64,000 nt of DNA, from NCBI GenBank assembly GCA_963836235.1, contig CAWIIP010000005.1:64001-128000 (forward strand), written 5' to 3'. The position numbers were made by a program, and so were the translations under genes. Below, piece by piece: positions 20,618 through 31,531 of this stretch. Each line of letters begins with the position of its first letter. Position 1 is the stretch's first letter. This stretch comes from an uncultured Pseudomonadota bacterium. Lineage in GTDB: Bacteria > Oederibacteriota > Muellerivitia > Muellerivitales > Muellerivitaceae. The notes beneath the pieces were generated by a model. It saw only the letters and a program-made list of their open reading frames with translations. It was not told the DNA's origin and did not search any database.

Positions 20618-23600
20618 TCAAGGAACTTCACCAAAAACCGAGGTCGGCATGACCTCTCGTTTACCGTCGGGCTTGACCCAATAAAGGTTAAAGTTTGAAA
20701 GGTTGGACCCGGTCCTCCAACCATAGATATCTATGGAATGCTTACCGGCCATCAGATAGATTTCTTGGTTTTGTCCATTCGCCATTTCTGGAGTTTTATT
20801 ATCAATCTTCAGTTCCTTTTGGCTGTCCGTTTGGATAAAAAACTGGTAATGCCCCGACTCCGCCACGTTGAACTTCCCGATCCAATGGACGGCGCTGGCA
20901 GGCACGGTGAAATCATTACCATTAGTATAATTTAAAATCGGGTCATATTCGGACAAGTAGGGTGTTTCGCTCCAATTCGGCCCACGAAGATAGTCTCCCT
21001 TAAGCCCTCTGAAGGGTGGCAAGCTATCAAATGCGCCCGCGTCCAACAAAGTCGGAACTCCCTTCTCACTCACTTGTTGTATCTGGAGGTTGGGCTTAAC
21101 TCCTTCCGGCACGTCCATTTTGACTTTCACCGGATAATAGCCCTTAATCAAGGACTCGAAACGGGAAGAAGAACGGGTCTTCCCTACTTTCAAAACGACC
21201 GGAAAATCCGCCTTAATCACCCATTGGTAATTCCCAGGTACATCCACGTAAAGATGCCCGGTTAAGGTCACGTGATAAGGTCCAGCCGGAAGACCCGATG
21301 GGAATTGGGCGATTTGCTGATCCGTTTTCCCGCCAACTTCTCGATCAAAATGAGCCGTCAGGCCCCGAACCTTAGCAACTTCTTCAGCTGGGACTTTATA
21401 GAAATACTCCACCGTGTTTCCCGCAGGATCCACCATGTACTCATCATGACCACCCGGGTAAAAATATTGAAGCATAGGAATGAATCCCGTCTTCCCTTCT
21501 TCCATGGCAAAGTAGAGGCCCCGGGAAGTATCGGCACTATGAGAAATGAGGGAATTCGGCATTAACAATGGAAAGGTTTGCTTTTGATAAAAATAGCCTA
21601 AAAAATCAATGGTGTAATAATTGTAGTAGTCGGGCGAGACATAGTAATTATAGGCATCGCCGTTTTTTTGAATGATACGGCCTACCATTGTTTGCTGGGG
21701 GGCATATTCATGCCACCCGCCGAAGCTTTTGGCCTGTTTATTGAAATAAACATCGAAATTCTGGGCGGCCATCAGCCACAGGAAGGGAGCCAAGAAAACA
21801 AGGAACATCCATTCATTTTTTTCTCCGCCAAAGCTTTTTATTCTTCCCCAAAAGGCAGATATCGGCGCGGCCACAAAAAAAGCGATGAAAGGCGTCAAGG
21901 CGAATAAACGATTGGCATGGGCGGCATCGATGGAAAGAACGCAAGGCAGGCTCATCACCAGGAAACCTACCACAACATAAAAATACTTCCGGCGGAACAC
22001 GCGAAAAATGGAATAGGCAATTCCCAAAACAAAAAGGGCGCCTGAAATATCGTCCAGCATGCGATAATCCTGAAGATTATGGCGGGCATTGGGATCCCCC
22101 AGTCGGTTAAACATAATGGCGGTGCGCCCGACCACTTGCAGAAATTGTTTGAGGCCATGAACCATCAAGTCGTGCTCCCGAGTCTGGGGGTTCCAAATGA
22201 CGGGAAGACAAAGAACTATGGATAATCCCGCGAATAATGCGATTTCTTTCCAAAGAATCCTGACTATCTTGAAATTAACAAAAACCTCATACAAACCATA
22301 AATAAGTATAAGTAGGGGAAAAACTTTATAAGCCTGGTAAGTGTATGCCCCTGCCACAAAAAAACCGGCCGCGATAAGGGTCGCCACAAGCGGCTCCCGA
22401 TTTTTCGAGGTTTTAACTAAAAAGGTCAGAAAAGAAAGAACGGCTAGAGTTAAAACCCCCGATAAGATAGCCAGTGGTAAACGCATTTGTAATAACATCG
22501 AATAAAAAGAAAAAAAGGCGAAAGGGAAAACACCTAAGACAAAGAATGCGCAAGATCCAATGGTCATTGCGTAAAATAGCTGTTTCTTAGAAGACTTACT
22601 CCCATGAATGGCATAAATCAAAAAAGCAATGGTCCCAAACATATAAAGGGACATCTGAACGGTAGGAAACCCGTTCCGGCTGAAATTAATATTCCAACGC
22701 ATGACAGCTAGGATGAAAAGAGAAAGCAAAGCTATGCGAATTCCCGCCAACTGCCGAAAAGTCCAATAAATAAGAGGAAAACCAAGAAGTCCTAAAAAGG
22801 CGTAAAAAAGCTTTAGGCTTACTTCGTTAGAACCAAACAGCTTAAACCAAAGAGCCAACTGGAAAAGGGCTAAAGAATAAGCGTGAAATACATCTTCCAC
22901 ATAAAAAGGATGCCAGCCTTCATGCAGAATCCGAAGAGCCGCAAGCCCCTCAAAACCCTGGTCAATAAATAATCCCGATGGGACAGAGGCAATTTGGTAA
23001 GCCCGCATGAAAATGGCCACAACCATGACAAAAACCAAAAAAAACATTTCCCACTTAAAATCCAGGGATACCTTCTTCAACTGCTCACGGTACCAAGGCC
23101 AAAAGCTGGTTATAAATAAAATAACCGCCGCCAGGAAAAACCATGCTCCCTTAGGAAAAGTGGAGGCCTCCGCCGATTGGGCCCAATAATTCTGGCCAAT
23201 CCCGGCCAGGACGAGCGAAACCACCGCCCCAAACCCTCGCAAAACAGCTAAAGGTTGGATAGTTTTAATGGGGAAGGATGAAAAGGATATCTTTGAAGGC
23301 CGTATTTTTATTTCCCTTCTCCTCTTTTGAGGGCGAATGAATGAATATCTCTTTTTTCGGAATAAGAAAATAATTTCTTCTTCAAAATACGTTGCCAATC
23401 CCAAACAAACCGCCAACAAGGAGATGGTTAAACCCCAACCGGATCGACCTTTAAAAATAAAAACTTGTCCAAGAACCAACAGACCTAAGGCGATAAAATA
23501 TATAAAATTTATGACATTTTTATTTTTTTGAAGGGGCATTGCTCTATTTGAAAAAGCTGTCGGTAAGTTCTTCTTTGCCGCCAGCTTTCCTTTATGCTTT

Positions 23601-23638
23601 TTGGATGGCAAGCTCGGCTCCTCTTGACCAAAGTTCAA
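20618..23638 (-). CDS. ArnT/PMT-like GT-C membrane glycosyltransferase with two C-terminal PA14-like domains
   Basis: About 17 hydrophobic segments; P.GLFIDQ loop, W.INFSR, YTY, GDPNARHN; C-terminal W.G.F....SGHYQF....D..GKHSI...LYW.KPDG; start uncertain. Confidence 0.78.
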   Translation of the reverse strand: MNFGQEEPSLPSKKHKGKLAAKKNLPTAFSNRAMPLQKNKNVINFIYFIALGLLVLGQVFIFKGRSGWGLTISLLAVCLGLATYFEEEIIFLFRKKRYSFIRPQKRRREIKIRPSKISFSSFPIKTIQPLAVLRGFGAVVSLVLAGIGQNYWAQSAEASTFPKGAWFFLAAVILFITSFWPWYREQLKKVSLDFKWEMFFLVFVMVVAIFMRAYQIASVPSGLFIDQGFEGLAALRILHEGWHPFYVEDVFHAYSLALFQLALWFKLFGSNEVSLKLFYAFLGLLGFPLIYWTFRQLAGIRIALLSLFILAVMRWNINFSRNGFPTVQMSLYMFGTIAFLIYAIHGSKSSKKQLFYAMTIGSCAFFVLGVFPFAFFSFYSMLLQMRLPLAILSGVLTLAVLSFLTFLVKTSKNREPLVATLIAAGFFVAGAYTYQAYKVFPLLILIYGLYEVFVNFKIVRILWKEIALFAGLSIVLCLPVIWNPQTREHDLMVHGLKQFLQVVGRTAIMFNRLGDPNARHNLQDYRMLDDISGALFVLGIAYSIFRVFRRKYFYVVVGFLVMSLPCVLSIDAAHANRLFALTPFIAFFVAAPISAFWGRIKSFGGEKNEWMFLVFLAPFLWLMAAQNFDVYFNKQAKSFGGWHEYAPQQTMVGRIIQKNGDAYNYYVSPDYYNYYTIDFLGYFYQKQTFPLLMPNSLISHSADTSRGLYFAMEEGKTGFIPMLQYFYPGGHDEYMVDPAGNTVEYFYKVPAEEVAKVRGLTAHFDREVGGKTDQQIAQFPSGLPAGPYHVTLTGHLYVDVPGNYQWVIKADFPVVLKVGKTRSSSRFESLIKGYYPVKVKMDVPEGVKPNLQIQQVSEKGVPTLLDAGAFDSLPPFRGLKGDYLRGPNWSETPYLSEYDPILNYTNGNDFTVPASAVHWIGKFNVAESGHYQFFIQTDSQKELKIDNKTPEMANGQNQEIYLMAGKHSIDIYGWRTGSNLSNFNLYWVKPDGKREVMPTSVFGEVP

Positions 23639-24070
23639 TCACGGTTTCTCAAACAGGCTAGATTTTATTACCTTAACCAGCCTTAAAGAAGGATGAAATG
23701 TGATTTCAGCTGGTAAAACAAGTAAAAACCCTCAACTTTTTTAAAAAAATATTTTCTTTTTCATCGGTTTTAAAAAATATACTCTTAAGCATAAAAGCTC
23801 TCTTCGTTTTATTCCAACTTACTCCCATGAAGCTTTAAAACCGAATAAGCATCTATTTAAACAAGATGCCGGGCCAAAACCCCGGGAAGCCTTCCCTGAC
23901 CGAAGAAATCATATTGAATATAGTTTGACTTCCGGCTTACAAAAAAATTTTAAAATCATTAAGAAGACCGCCCGTTAAAAAAACTAGTAACACGGTTAAA
24001 ATGATCAACTTAATCATGATCATTTTTTGCGACTTTTTAAAAAATTTTAAAAATTTTTTTCCAAATGTTA

Positions 24071-26422
24071 TTAAAGCTTTATCTTCTTGCCGCGGTTGGA
24101 TCGTTTTGGGGAAAGAATTTCTTCTTTTGCCAATTCAACAGTTCTTGGACTCGTTTGTAAAGGCATGGAGAATGGCCAAATCCCTCCCAAAGAATCCCGG
24201 ACCCACACTCCAAGACTCTGCCGCTTCAACCAGCCGATCAATAATACGACCCAGATAAAAAGTGAATACCAAAAGGTATAAACAATTATTCCCGGGTGAT
24301 AGGACATTTTTACCGTATGATGACCTGGATTTTTAAGCTCCACAACACGGAAAGCTGAGTCGGCCTGATAAACAGTCTCTTCTTTTCCATCCACTGTGGC
24401 CCTCCAACCGGGATAGTAAGTGTCCGATAAAAATAGGAAACAAGGCCGGTTGTTAGTACAGTCCATCTCCAGGTCGTTGAAATCGTACTGGGTGATTTTC
24501 GCCGCTCCAACCCATCCCTGTGGCCAGGAAGGTTTTCCCTCCGGCTCGGCGGTCAAAATAACTTCTTGGTGCGCGTCCACCTTTGCATCGCGGATGTCGT
24601 AAACCGTTTGATCCGTATCGGGATCGACCTCATACCCCCCCACCATGAAGGCCCGGGGAAAGGCCTTCGTGTCCGTCATGTAACCCGCATTTCCAAGCAA
24701 GGGTTGCCATCGATCACTGACTTTCCACTCGGGTCGCTGAAAGCGGTAGGTCAACCGAATAAGATCAGGTAAAGGCGTTTCATTGTAACGCCATTGTTCC
24801 GCAAGATATTTATGGGAAGTCTGGATAAGTACGGGATACCCCGTCATAGCCGCAGAAATTCGGTGTAAAATTTCATAGTCCTCAATTCCTTCGGGTTGTA
24901 CTCGCGGATAGCTATCGTCGAGCTGGATTTTTGCTAACAATGAAGGGTCCATTATCGTTGCCGGGCTTAAAATAGAATAAGAATTGTCAACGACAAGATG
25001 CTTTTCGTCGAATCGCCAAAGATCTGTAATTGTTCCGATTAAAAGAAATCCGGGTGTCAAAAACAAAAGGAGGGCCCGAGATATCTGCCCAAGTTTCTGA
25101 CCGCGCCAATACCTAAACCAAGCATCCAATCCCAGCCCCGCCAAACTCGATAGGGCAAAAGCGGTCACCACCATAATCCGCCCTATGCTTCGATTGTGGC
25201 CGAATCCAGGAAGATACTTGAAAAAAAAGAGGTAGAAGGAATGAGTAAAGGTGGTGGAGTCTCCCATAGCCAACAGAGTGCTGAAAAGAATAACAAGAAA
25301 AAGCCACCAAACAAAAGGTCGTTTCAAGAAAAGCCACAAAAATCCTAAAGACGCCAAAAAAAATGGGATTAAACCAATATAGATAATGATCTCGTGATAA
25401 CCCCAGCGCCCAATGTCACCTCCCGGCATCCCCAGAGCAAAAGGTTGAATGAGAATGCGTAAATACGAAGGAGAAAAATAATCTTTCATTAAATCGTTCC
25501 ATTGCCAAACCCATCGATCACTCAATCGCGCAAACTGGTAGGCGGGGGCTAATTGACACAAGGAAAGGGAGAAAGAGACAAAAACAAAAACTATCTCCGA
25601 TAGCAGAAGTTGTTTAAACGTAATTTTTCGCCGCACCCATCCCCATCCAAGCAATAGTCCGCTAAACATCATGGCATACATGTTCATTTGCGGCATACCT
25701 TCCAGGACACAAAAACCCATAGCCACCGCAGCTAACAAAATGTCAGAAAAAAGGCCACTATTCGTGAACCGTTGGACACCAAAAAAAACGAAGGGAATCC
25801 AGCTGGCCGCCAAGACAATGCAAGTATGCCCAGCGAATAAGTGTCCAACAAAAAATCCAGAAAAAGCGAAGGATAGGCCGCCCAAACAACCCGCCAACCA
25901 TACGCATCCCAAACCACGAATGAAAAAATAAGTTCCCACCGCGGCTAAAAGAAAATGGAAATAGTAACTTAAGGTGAAGGCATAAGAGACGGAAAAAATA
26001 AAAAATAGAAAATTGAGAGGAGCATAAGGACCAGACTCGGTCATAGCCAAGAAAGGTTGGCCTAAGGCACTAAAGGGGTCCCAAAATGCAGGATAAAAAT
26101 TTTTGAGGCTTTGAATCCAAACATATTTGTAAGCATAGAAATAGGAAATATCCATGCAGCCAGGAACCATGTCCGGATGAGTCAAAGGCTTCCAAAAAAC
26201 GAAGAGGGCAAAGACAGAAAACAGCAAGAACGCACTGAACGAACCTTTATTGAAAATTTTGGTCAAGGCTTGCTTTTCCAAGATATTTTCGTTTAATGAA
26301 ATACTGGATATCCAAGAAAAGAAAGACTCACGCCGTCCGGGCGCTGGAAACGAAGTTGAAAATGACGGGTCTAAAATAATGCCTTTTGCCGGTACTTTCT
26401 GTTTTGGAATTGTTTTTTTCAC
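24071..26422 (-). CDS. YfhO-family GT-C membrane protein (paralog 1)
   Basis: D...YFY, WDP...LGQPFLA, FAFSGF, PRAF, LSDTYYPGWRA.VDG, G.H.V...Y.P. Confidence 0.85.
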   Translation of the reverse strand: MKKTIPKQKVPAKGIILDPSFSTSFPAPGRRESFFSWISSISLNENILEKQALTKIFNKGSFSAFLLFSVFALFVFWKPLTHPDMVPGCMDISYFYAYKYVWIQSLKNFYPAFWDPFSALGQPFLAMTESGPYAPLNFLFFIFSVSYAFTLSYYFHFLLAAVGTYFFIRGLGCVWLAGCLGGLSFAFSGFFVGHLFAGHTCIVLAASWIPFVFFGVQRFTNSGLFSDILLAAVAMGFCVLEGMPQMNMYAMMFSGLLLGWGWVRRKITFKQLLLSEIVFVFVSFSLSLCQLAPAYQFARLSDRWVWQWNDLMKDYFSPSYLRILIQPFALGMPGGDIGRWGYHEIIIYIGLIPFFLASLGFLWLFLKRPFVWWLFLVILFSTLLAMGDSTTFTHSFYLFFFKYLPGFGHNRSIGRIMVVTAFALSSLAGLGLDAWFRYWRGQKLGQISRALLLFLTPGFLLIGTITDLWRFDEKHLVVDNSYSILSPATIMDPSLLAKIQLDDSYPRVQPEGIEDYEILHRISAAMTGYPVLIQTSHKYLAEQWRYNETPLPDLIRLTYRFQRPEWKVSDRWQPLLGNAGYMTDTKAFPRAFMVGGYEVDPDTDQTVYDIRDAKVDAHQEVILTAEPEGKPSWPQGWVGAAKITQYDFNDLEMDCTNNRPCFLFLSDTYYPGWRATVDGKEETVYQADSAFRVVELKNPGHHTVKMSYHPGIIVYTFWYSLFIWVVLLIGWLKRQSLGVWVRDSLGGIWPFSMPLQTSPRTVELAKEEILSPKRSNRGKKIKL

Positions 26423-26466
26423 ACGCTACTCCATTCCCTTTGAAAAGAAGGAATTAAATAATTCGA

Positions 26467-28959
26467 TTAGGGGTTCTTAGCTGGTGTTACGAAAGAAGAG
26501 TTATTGTTCAAGTCTATGGAAAGTTCGTCCAAGGATTTATCCCATCCACCCGAAATGGAATGCACATGGACCGTTGGAAATTGGTGTTCCTGGATAAAAG
26601 CCGTCAAAATCTCAACCGAATGATTTCCTGCCGTGAGGTTTAACTTGGACTTTCGTGGAAGATTACCCTCGGGACTTTTGGTCACCAGTACTTCTCGCCC
26701 ATCCACCCATAACTCGCTGGTATTGGCCGTTTGAAAACTGACTTCATATTCACCCGGAGTGGTCACTTTCCATTCGCCCGTAATTCGGCCAACGTATCCG
26801 CCTTGTAGAAAAGGCGCGGGAACTGGATCGTTCCAACGAGCCTCCCGATCCTCGAATTGGATCATCCCCCGGCCCAAACCTAATCCCGCGTAAAAGCGCC
26901 GGAACCAATCAAAGGCGGGTTTGTACCGGACATAGAAATAATCAGTGGGATTCTGGGATAATTTTTCAAAGGGCACGATGATCCATTTAAGGGAAGTAAT
27001 GGGCCAAGCGCTTACCCTTTCATGCCATGTTCCCTCAGGGAATGCCCTGCTTAATTTATCCTTCGCCGGATCATCTCCCCCCCAAATGACTATCGCCAAG
27101 TCTTTTCCCTTTTCCCCTTCCACGAGGTCGATGGGATTAGAGTCGATCGCCAGATGGGCGTCCCTTCCCTCGCAAACTAAGTCCAGTCCGCTTTCCCCAA
27201 AATGCGAAGGATTTGGAACTAGGTAAGCCCTTTTCCCGGCGATGGAAGGGTCATCCAAAACATCCTGGGCCAGGGTATCGTTCCAGCGCATGTTCATCCA
27301 TTTTTCCAAAATTTGGACGTTCGTAACCAATGACCAAACTCCGATAATCAAAAGTAGGACTGTCCCCCATTTCGCTCCATTCCGAATCGTGGAAAAACGA
27401 AAAGCTTGCCATAACCGGTAAGCCCCCCAGGCCGCGATCAGATACATTGGCAGAAGGGTCGCCATCAGGCGATTGGAATGGGCCCCGTGGGTCACGAAGA
27501 AGGCGGCGTATCCCACGAAGAAAAGACCAAGAGTAACGCTCTGAATGAGGCGGGGCCGCGCCAGGAAGGACGCTAAGGCCGCCAGGCCGAAAGCGGGCAC
27601 GAAGAAATCCATATAGGAATCGCCCTTCATGGGGGGAATGTTCCAGAATGGATTCTGGTCGTCCCAGCTGAATAAAAGCTTGAATCCATTCCAAAAATTC
27701 GCGATACAATATTTTGTCGCTTCCCATTTGGTCAACTCGAAGCGCGGATCGAAAATGACCATCTCATTGGGATGGGCCGAGTACCCAGGCTGCATCCAAA
27801 GGGGGCTTAACAACATGGCTGTTAGCAGGGACCCGGTGGCCCACTTCCAAACCCAGTCATTTCCCCGGCTATCCAGCCCCACTCGAACATAAAGCGCGCC
27901 CAGGCCCGCCAAGATCATCCAGAGTCCCCAACCCGAACCGAAAAATTGCACCCATCCCCATTCGTGAGGCACAACTCGGTTCACGTAAAAAAAAGCGAAA
28001 GCCCAACTCAACATCACGGAGAAAGCCAGTGCCCAAGCCATCCGGTTTTTAGGCCTTAAGGACGGACTCCAAAGCATCCAAAGCCACAAACCTCCAATCA
28101 GGACAGGGGTCCAAAGACGAAAAGCCACATAGAGATAAGACCCCAGGGTCAAGGCCAACCCCCACGCGATGAAACGGGAAAGCTTTGGATTCTTCAAGAG
28201 CCGGAAGAGGAAAAGGACCACTAATGCGCAGGCCAAGACATCGGTGTGGAAGCCAAAATTAATTTTTGAAATTTGGATAAGGGTCTTGCTGATGGTCCCC
28301 ATTACCATGAGGAGGATGCCTACCCGCCGCCCGCCCACTTCCTTGCCCAGAAGGTAAAAAGACCAAAGGATAAGAAGGTCCACCACAACGCAGGATATTC
28401 GCATGGCGACAATGGCGGTCGCGTGGGGCATAAGAGACCAAAGGGCAGCCGAAAAATAAGCAAAAAGCGGTTCTCTCGTACCATAAGGCAGGAGGATAGG
28501 CCGGTCTCCGGCCACCATGATTTGGAGCGCCTCATTGGCGTAAATCCAATGGTCATTGTCAATGCAACCCGATATCCGGTGCAGGTCATATAGCCGAAGG
28601 ATGGCGCCTAACAAAAGAAGCCCGAAAAAAGCCGGTCGGGAAACAAGAGGACCTATGTCACCTTCCGGCCCACTTTCGGGAATTTTCCGAAAGAAATAAA
28701 CCATCCCGGCAAAACCCAGCAAAAGCAGCGGGTAAAATGGAAGTTTGGAAAAAAGATCCCAGCCAGGAATGAGGAGTTGGGCATTGGGAAGGGACAAGAG
28801 GGCCAGGAACGTCAAACCCCAAGAAGCCAACAAGCCCCAAAAAACAGGAGACTTCACTATCACTTCGGAAGTCGAAAGAACGGGGACGGAAGTATTGATT
28901 TTTTTTACTCGAACGGACTTACGCTGCGGGACGGATTTGCGTCTTTTGGTGGATGCCAT
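26467..28959 (-). CDS. ArnT/PMT-like GT-C with C-terminal PA14-like domain
   Basis: LRLY..IDNDH, REPLFAY, LGKEVGGRR, Y.AFR; C-terminal G.W....PGEY....LWVDG...L.AG.H.V. Confidence 0.78.
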   Translation of the reverse strand: MASTKRRKSVPQRKSVRVKKINTSVPVLSTSEVIVKSPVFWGLLASWGLTFLALLSLPNAQLLIPGWDLFSKLPFYPLLLLGFAGMVYFFRKIPESGPEGDIGPLVSRPAFFGLLLLGAILRLYDLHRISGCIDNDHWIYANEALQIMVAGDRPILLPYGTREPLFAYFSAALWSLMPHATAIVAMRISCVVVDLLILWSFYLLGKEVGGRRVGILLMVMGTISKTLIQISKINFGFHTDVLACALVVLFLFRLLKNPKLSRFIAWGLALTLGSYLYVAFRLWTPVLIGGLWLWMLWSPSLRPKNRMAWALAFSVMLSWAFAFFYVNRVVPHEWGWVQFFGSGWGLWMILAGLGALYVRVGLDSRGNDWVWKWATGSLLTAMLLSPLWMQPGYSAHPNEMVIFDPRFELTKWEATKYCIANFWNGFKLLFSWDDQNPFWNIPPMKGDSYMDFFVPAFGLAALASFLARPRLIQSVTLGLFFVGYAAFFVTHGAHSNRLMATLLPMYLIAAWGAYRLWQAFRFSTIRNGAKWGTVLLLIIGVWSLVTNVQILEKWMNMRWNDTLAQDVLDDPSIAGKRAYLVPNPSHFGESGLDLVCEGRDAHLAIDSNPIDLVEGEKGKDLAIVIWGGDDPAKDKLSRAFPEGTWHERVSAWPITSLKWIIVPFEKLSQNPTDYFYVRYKPAFDWFRRFYAGLGLGRGMIQFEDREARWNDPVPAPFLQGGYVGRITGEWKVTTPGEYEVSFQTANTSELWVDGREVLVTKSPEGNLPRKSKLNLTAGNHSVEILTAFIQEHQFPTVHVHSISGGWDKSLDELSIDLNNNSSFVTPAKNP

Positions 28960-28962
28960 AAG

Positions 28963-31509
28963 TTACCGAGTCCCCAGCACGGGGATGGATCCCTGCGAAG
29001 AAGCACCTGCCGCCAGTTCGTCCAAGGGAACTTCTCCTGCCGCTCCAGGAGCCGTAACCATGATCAGGGGAACTTGATGTTCCGCCGCGAAAGCCGTGAC
29101 CAGTTCCACGTGATGGAGGCCCGCCGCCAGGGAAACCTCCCGAGTCTTCACCTGACTTTCATCGGGCTTCATTTCCAATACTTTTTTTCCATCCAGGAAA
29201 AATCGGAACACATCCCCGGTGTGTAGCTCCAATTTATATTCCCCGGGCGTTTGGACATTCCAATCCCCTTCCACCCGCATGGAATTATTCCAATCGATGA
29301 ATTGGCGGGGGGGTAAGGAATCATTCCACCGGGCCGCACGGTCTTCATAAAGGATCAAACCACGGCCCAAGCCGTAATAACCATAGCACCTGCGCTTCCA
29401 AGTCTGGAGCGAAACCCGCCGGACATGAAAAAAAGCCTTCTCGTCTTGGGGAATCCGGTTAAAGGGGATCTCGGTCCACCACATATATGGAATATCGCCT
29501 TCCCCTTGCAGATAATAACTCTTCTTTTGCCATTGGATTCCGGGAAACTCTTGCTCTATCTTTTTTTGGCTTTCCACGTCGCGTCCAGCCACGAAAACGG
29601 CCAAATCTTTTCCTTTTTCATCGGGCGTTAGGTCAATGCTATTACTATCGGTTGTTTGAAACAAATCGGCCCCGTCCGCCAAAACCTCCATGGCGCAAGC
29701 GGCATAAAAACCAGGATTGTGCTCCACAATATATACCCGGTGGTCGGGCATTTCCTTTCGGGCCTGATCCCAAACAATGGTGTTTTGGGCCTCCTGGGCG
29801 ATCCACTCCCAAACGAGCTTATGATTCTGACCCGCTTCCCATCCCAAGCCCAAAAGGATCACGCCCACGAAAAGGCCGTTCACCCACTTTCCAGACCTGG
29901 TTTGAAGAAGGGCAAGCCAAAGCCTGTTAACACCCCAAGCACCCGTCAAGAGGAGGGGCAGATCGCAAATCACGTAACGGAAGGAATGAGGCCCGTTAGA
30001 TAGGATTCCCGCCACCGTGCTGACGAAAAAAAGCGAAACGATAAAAGCGGAAAGCCACCTTGGTCTGGCGATAAAATAGGCGGCTCCCAATAGAGCGCAA
30101 GCGGCTACCATAAATTCGTAAAGCGAATCCCCGATGGCGGGCATGCGAGATACGTGATCCACTTGCCCGAACAGAAGTTTGAAGGTGAAAGACGTGTTTC
30201 CGATAACCTTCGCCCAGCCTTGCCCCGGTTCGGTAAATTTGGAACTAAAAGCCGAGATATCCGCCACATGCTCCGAATAATGGGGATGAAGGTAAAAAGG
30301 AGCCATAATTAGCGCGGTCAAAAGAGCGCCGGTCGCCCACCCAAAAAGCTTGCTGAATCCCTTTTCTTTTTCCTCCAAGAAAACTTTCGCGTAACTTCCG
30401 GCTAAAGCCAGTGCCGCAAGGATGGCCCCGGGACCGGAAAGAAAGCGGACCCACCCGCTGGTTTCGGGCAAGAAAGAGTTTTTATAAATGAAAAGGAACG
30501 CCCAAGCGACCAGGAGGCCTGGCCCCAGGACTAACCGATAAGGTCCAAATTTTCTTTCTTTTGGGTCGCTGAATACCCATAGCCAGGCCCCTCCCAAAAA
30601 AACTGGAACCCAAGGCCGGAAAGGCACGTAGGCAAAAGCCCCAAAACCGAGGGCCGCGCCCCATTCGAGGAAATGGGTCATATCGGGTTTCTTAAGAAGC
30701 CGGATGAAAAAGAGGGTCGCCGCCGCGCTGGCTAGGACCGCCGTATCGTTGCCATACTCAAACTTGGTAACCATAATCATGGTCTTGCAGATGGACCCCA
30801 TGGCTAAAAGCAACAGACCCATCCTGCGTCCGCCGATTTCCTTGCCCAAAAGGTAAAAAAGCCAAAGTGCCGTCAGATCGATGATGACTGAGCTCCATAA
30901 AACGATGATCAGCCCGGGGGCCTTGGGAAATGGCACCCAAAGCAATGCGCTCAAATAGGGAAAGAGCGCTTCCCTCCATCCGACGGGAAAGAGGAAATAA
31001 AACTTGTGGAAGTCCAGCATGTTACGGATATCGGAATCGATCGTGTAATGATCGTCCCAGAAAAACCCGACAGGTTGGTTAGGATTTTCCAATCGGAAGA
31101 AAGCCCCGACAGCCATAAAAAACCAGAAACCGGTTCGGGCTGCCCAAACAGGAATATCCCACTCTCCTTCCTGCACAGGTGGTATCAACCTAAAAAAAAC
31201 TATCAACGCGATGAAGCCAACCGTAACCAGCAAGCCCCCGGGAAGCCTGGCAAACAAATTATCCGGAGGAAAAGCTTGGATTTGATTGAGAATAAAAGCG
31301 TTCCCCTCGTGGAAAAGCAGATTGTAATTAGGAAAAGCAAAAAGACCCGCCATCACCACCAACCATGCGATGAGAAGGTATACGAATTTTTCCAGCCCGA
31401 AAGAAGCCGATTCGGGCGCCAAAACCGCCACAGCCCTTGGGGCCTTCGCCTTAGAGAACGGTTTAATATTCCGGGTAGATTTTTTTCTAGACGTTTTTCG
31501 GGTTGGCAT
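28963..31509 (-). CDS. ArnT/PMT-like GT-C with C-terminal PA14-like domain
   Basis: P.GFFWDDH, REALFPY, LGKEIGGRR, YVPFR, GLGRGLILYED, PGEY...FLDGK..AAGLHHV. Confidence 0.78.
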   Translation of the reverse strand: MPTRKTSRKKSTRNIKPFSKAKAPRAVAVLAPESASFGLEKFVYLLIAWLVVMAGLFAFPNYNLLFHEGNAFILNQIQAFPPDNLFARLPGGLLVTVGFIALIVFFRLIPPVQEGEWDIPVWAARTGFWFFMAVGAFFRLENPNQPVGFFWDDHYTIDSDIRNMLDFHKFYFLFPVGWREALFPYLSALLWVPFPKAPGLIIVLWSSVIIDLTALWLFYLLGKEIGGRRMGLLLLAMGSICKTMIMVTKFEYGNDTAVLASAAATLFFIRLLKKPDMTHFLEWGAALGFGAFAYVPFRPWVPVFLGGAWLWVFSDPKERKFGPYRLVLGPGLLVAWAFLFIYKNSFLPETSGWVRFLSGPGAILAALALAGSYAKVFLEEKEKGFSKLFGWATGALLTALIMAPFYLHPHYSEHVADISAFSSKFTEPGQGWAKVIGNTSFTFKLLFGQVDHVSRMPAIGDSLYEFMVAACALLGAAYFIARPRWLSAFIVSLFFVSTVAGILSNGPHSFRYVICDLPLLLTGAWGVNRLWLALLQTRSGKWVNGLFVGVILLGLGWEAGQNHKLVWEWIAQEAQNTIVWDQARKEMPDHRVYIVEHNPGFYAACAMEVLADGADLFQTTDSNSIDLTPDEKGKDLAVFVAGRDVESQKKIEQEFPGIQWQKKSYYLQGEGDIPYMWWTEIPFNRIPQDEKAFFHVRRVSLQTWKRRCYGYYGLGRGLILYEDRAARWNDSLPPRQFIDWNNSMRVEGDWNVQTPGEYKLELHTGDVFRFFLDGKKVLEMKPDESQVKTREVSLAAGLHHVELVTAFAAEHQVPLIMVTAPGAAGEVPLDELAAGASSQGSIPVLGTR

Positions 31510-31531
31510 TTTTTCTCCCTCGCTTTAAAAC

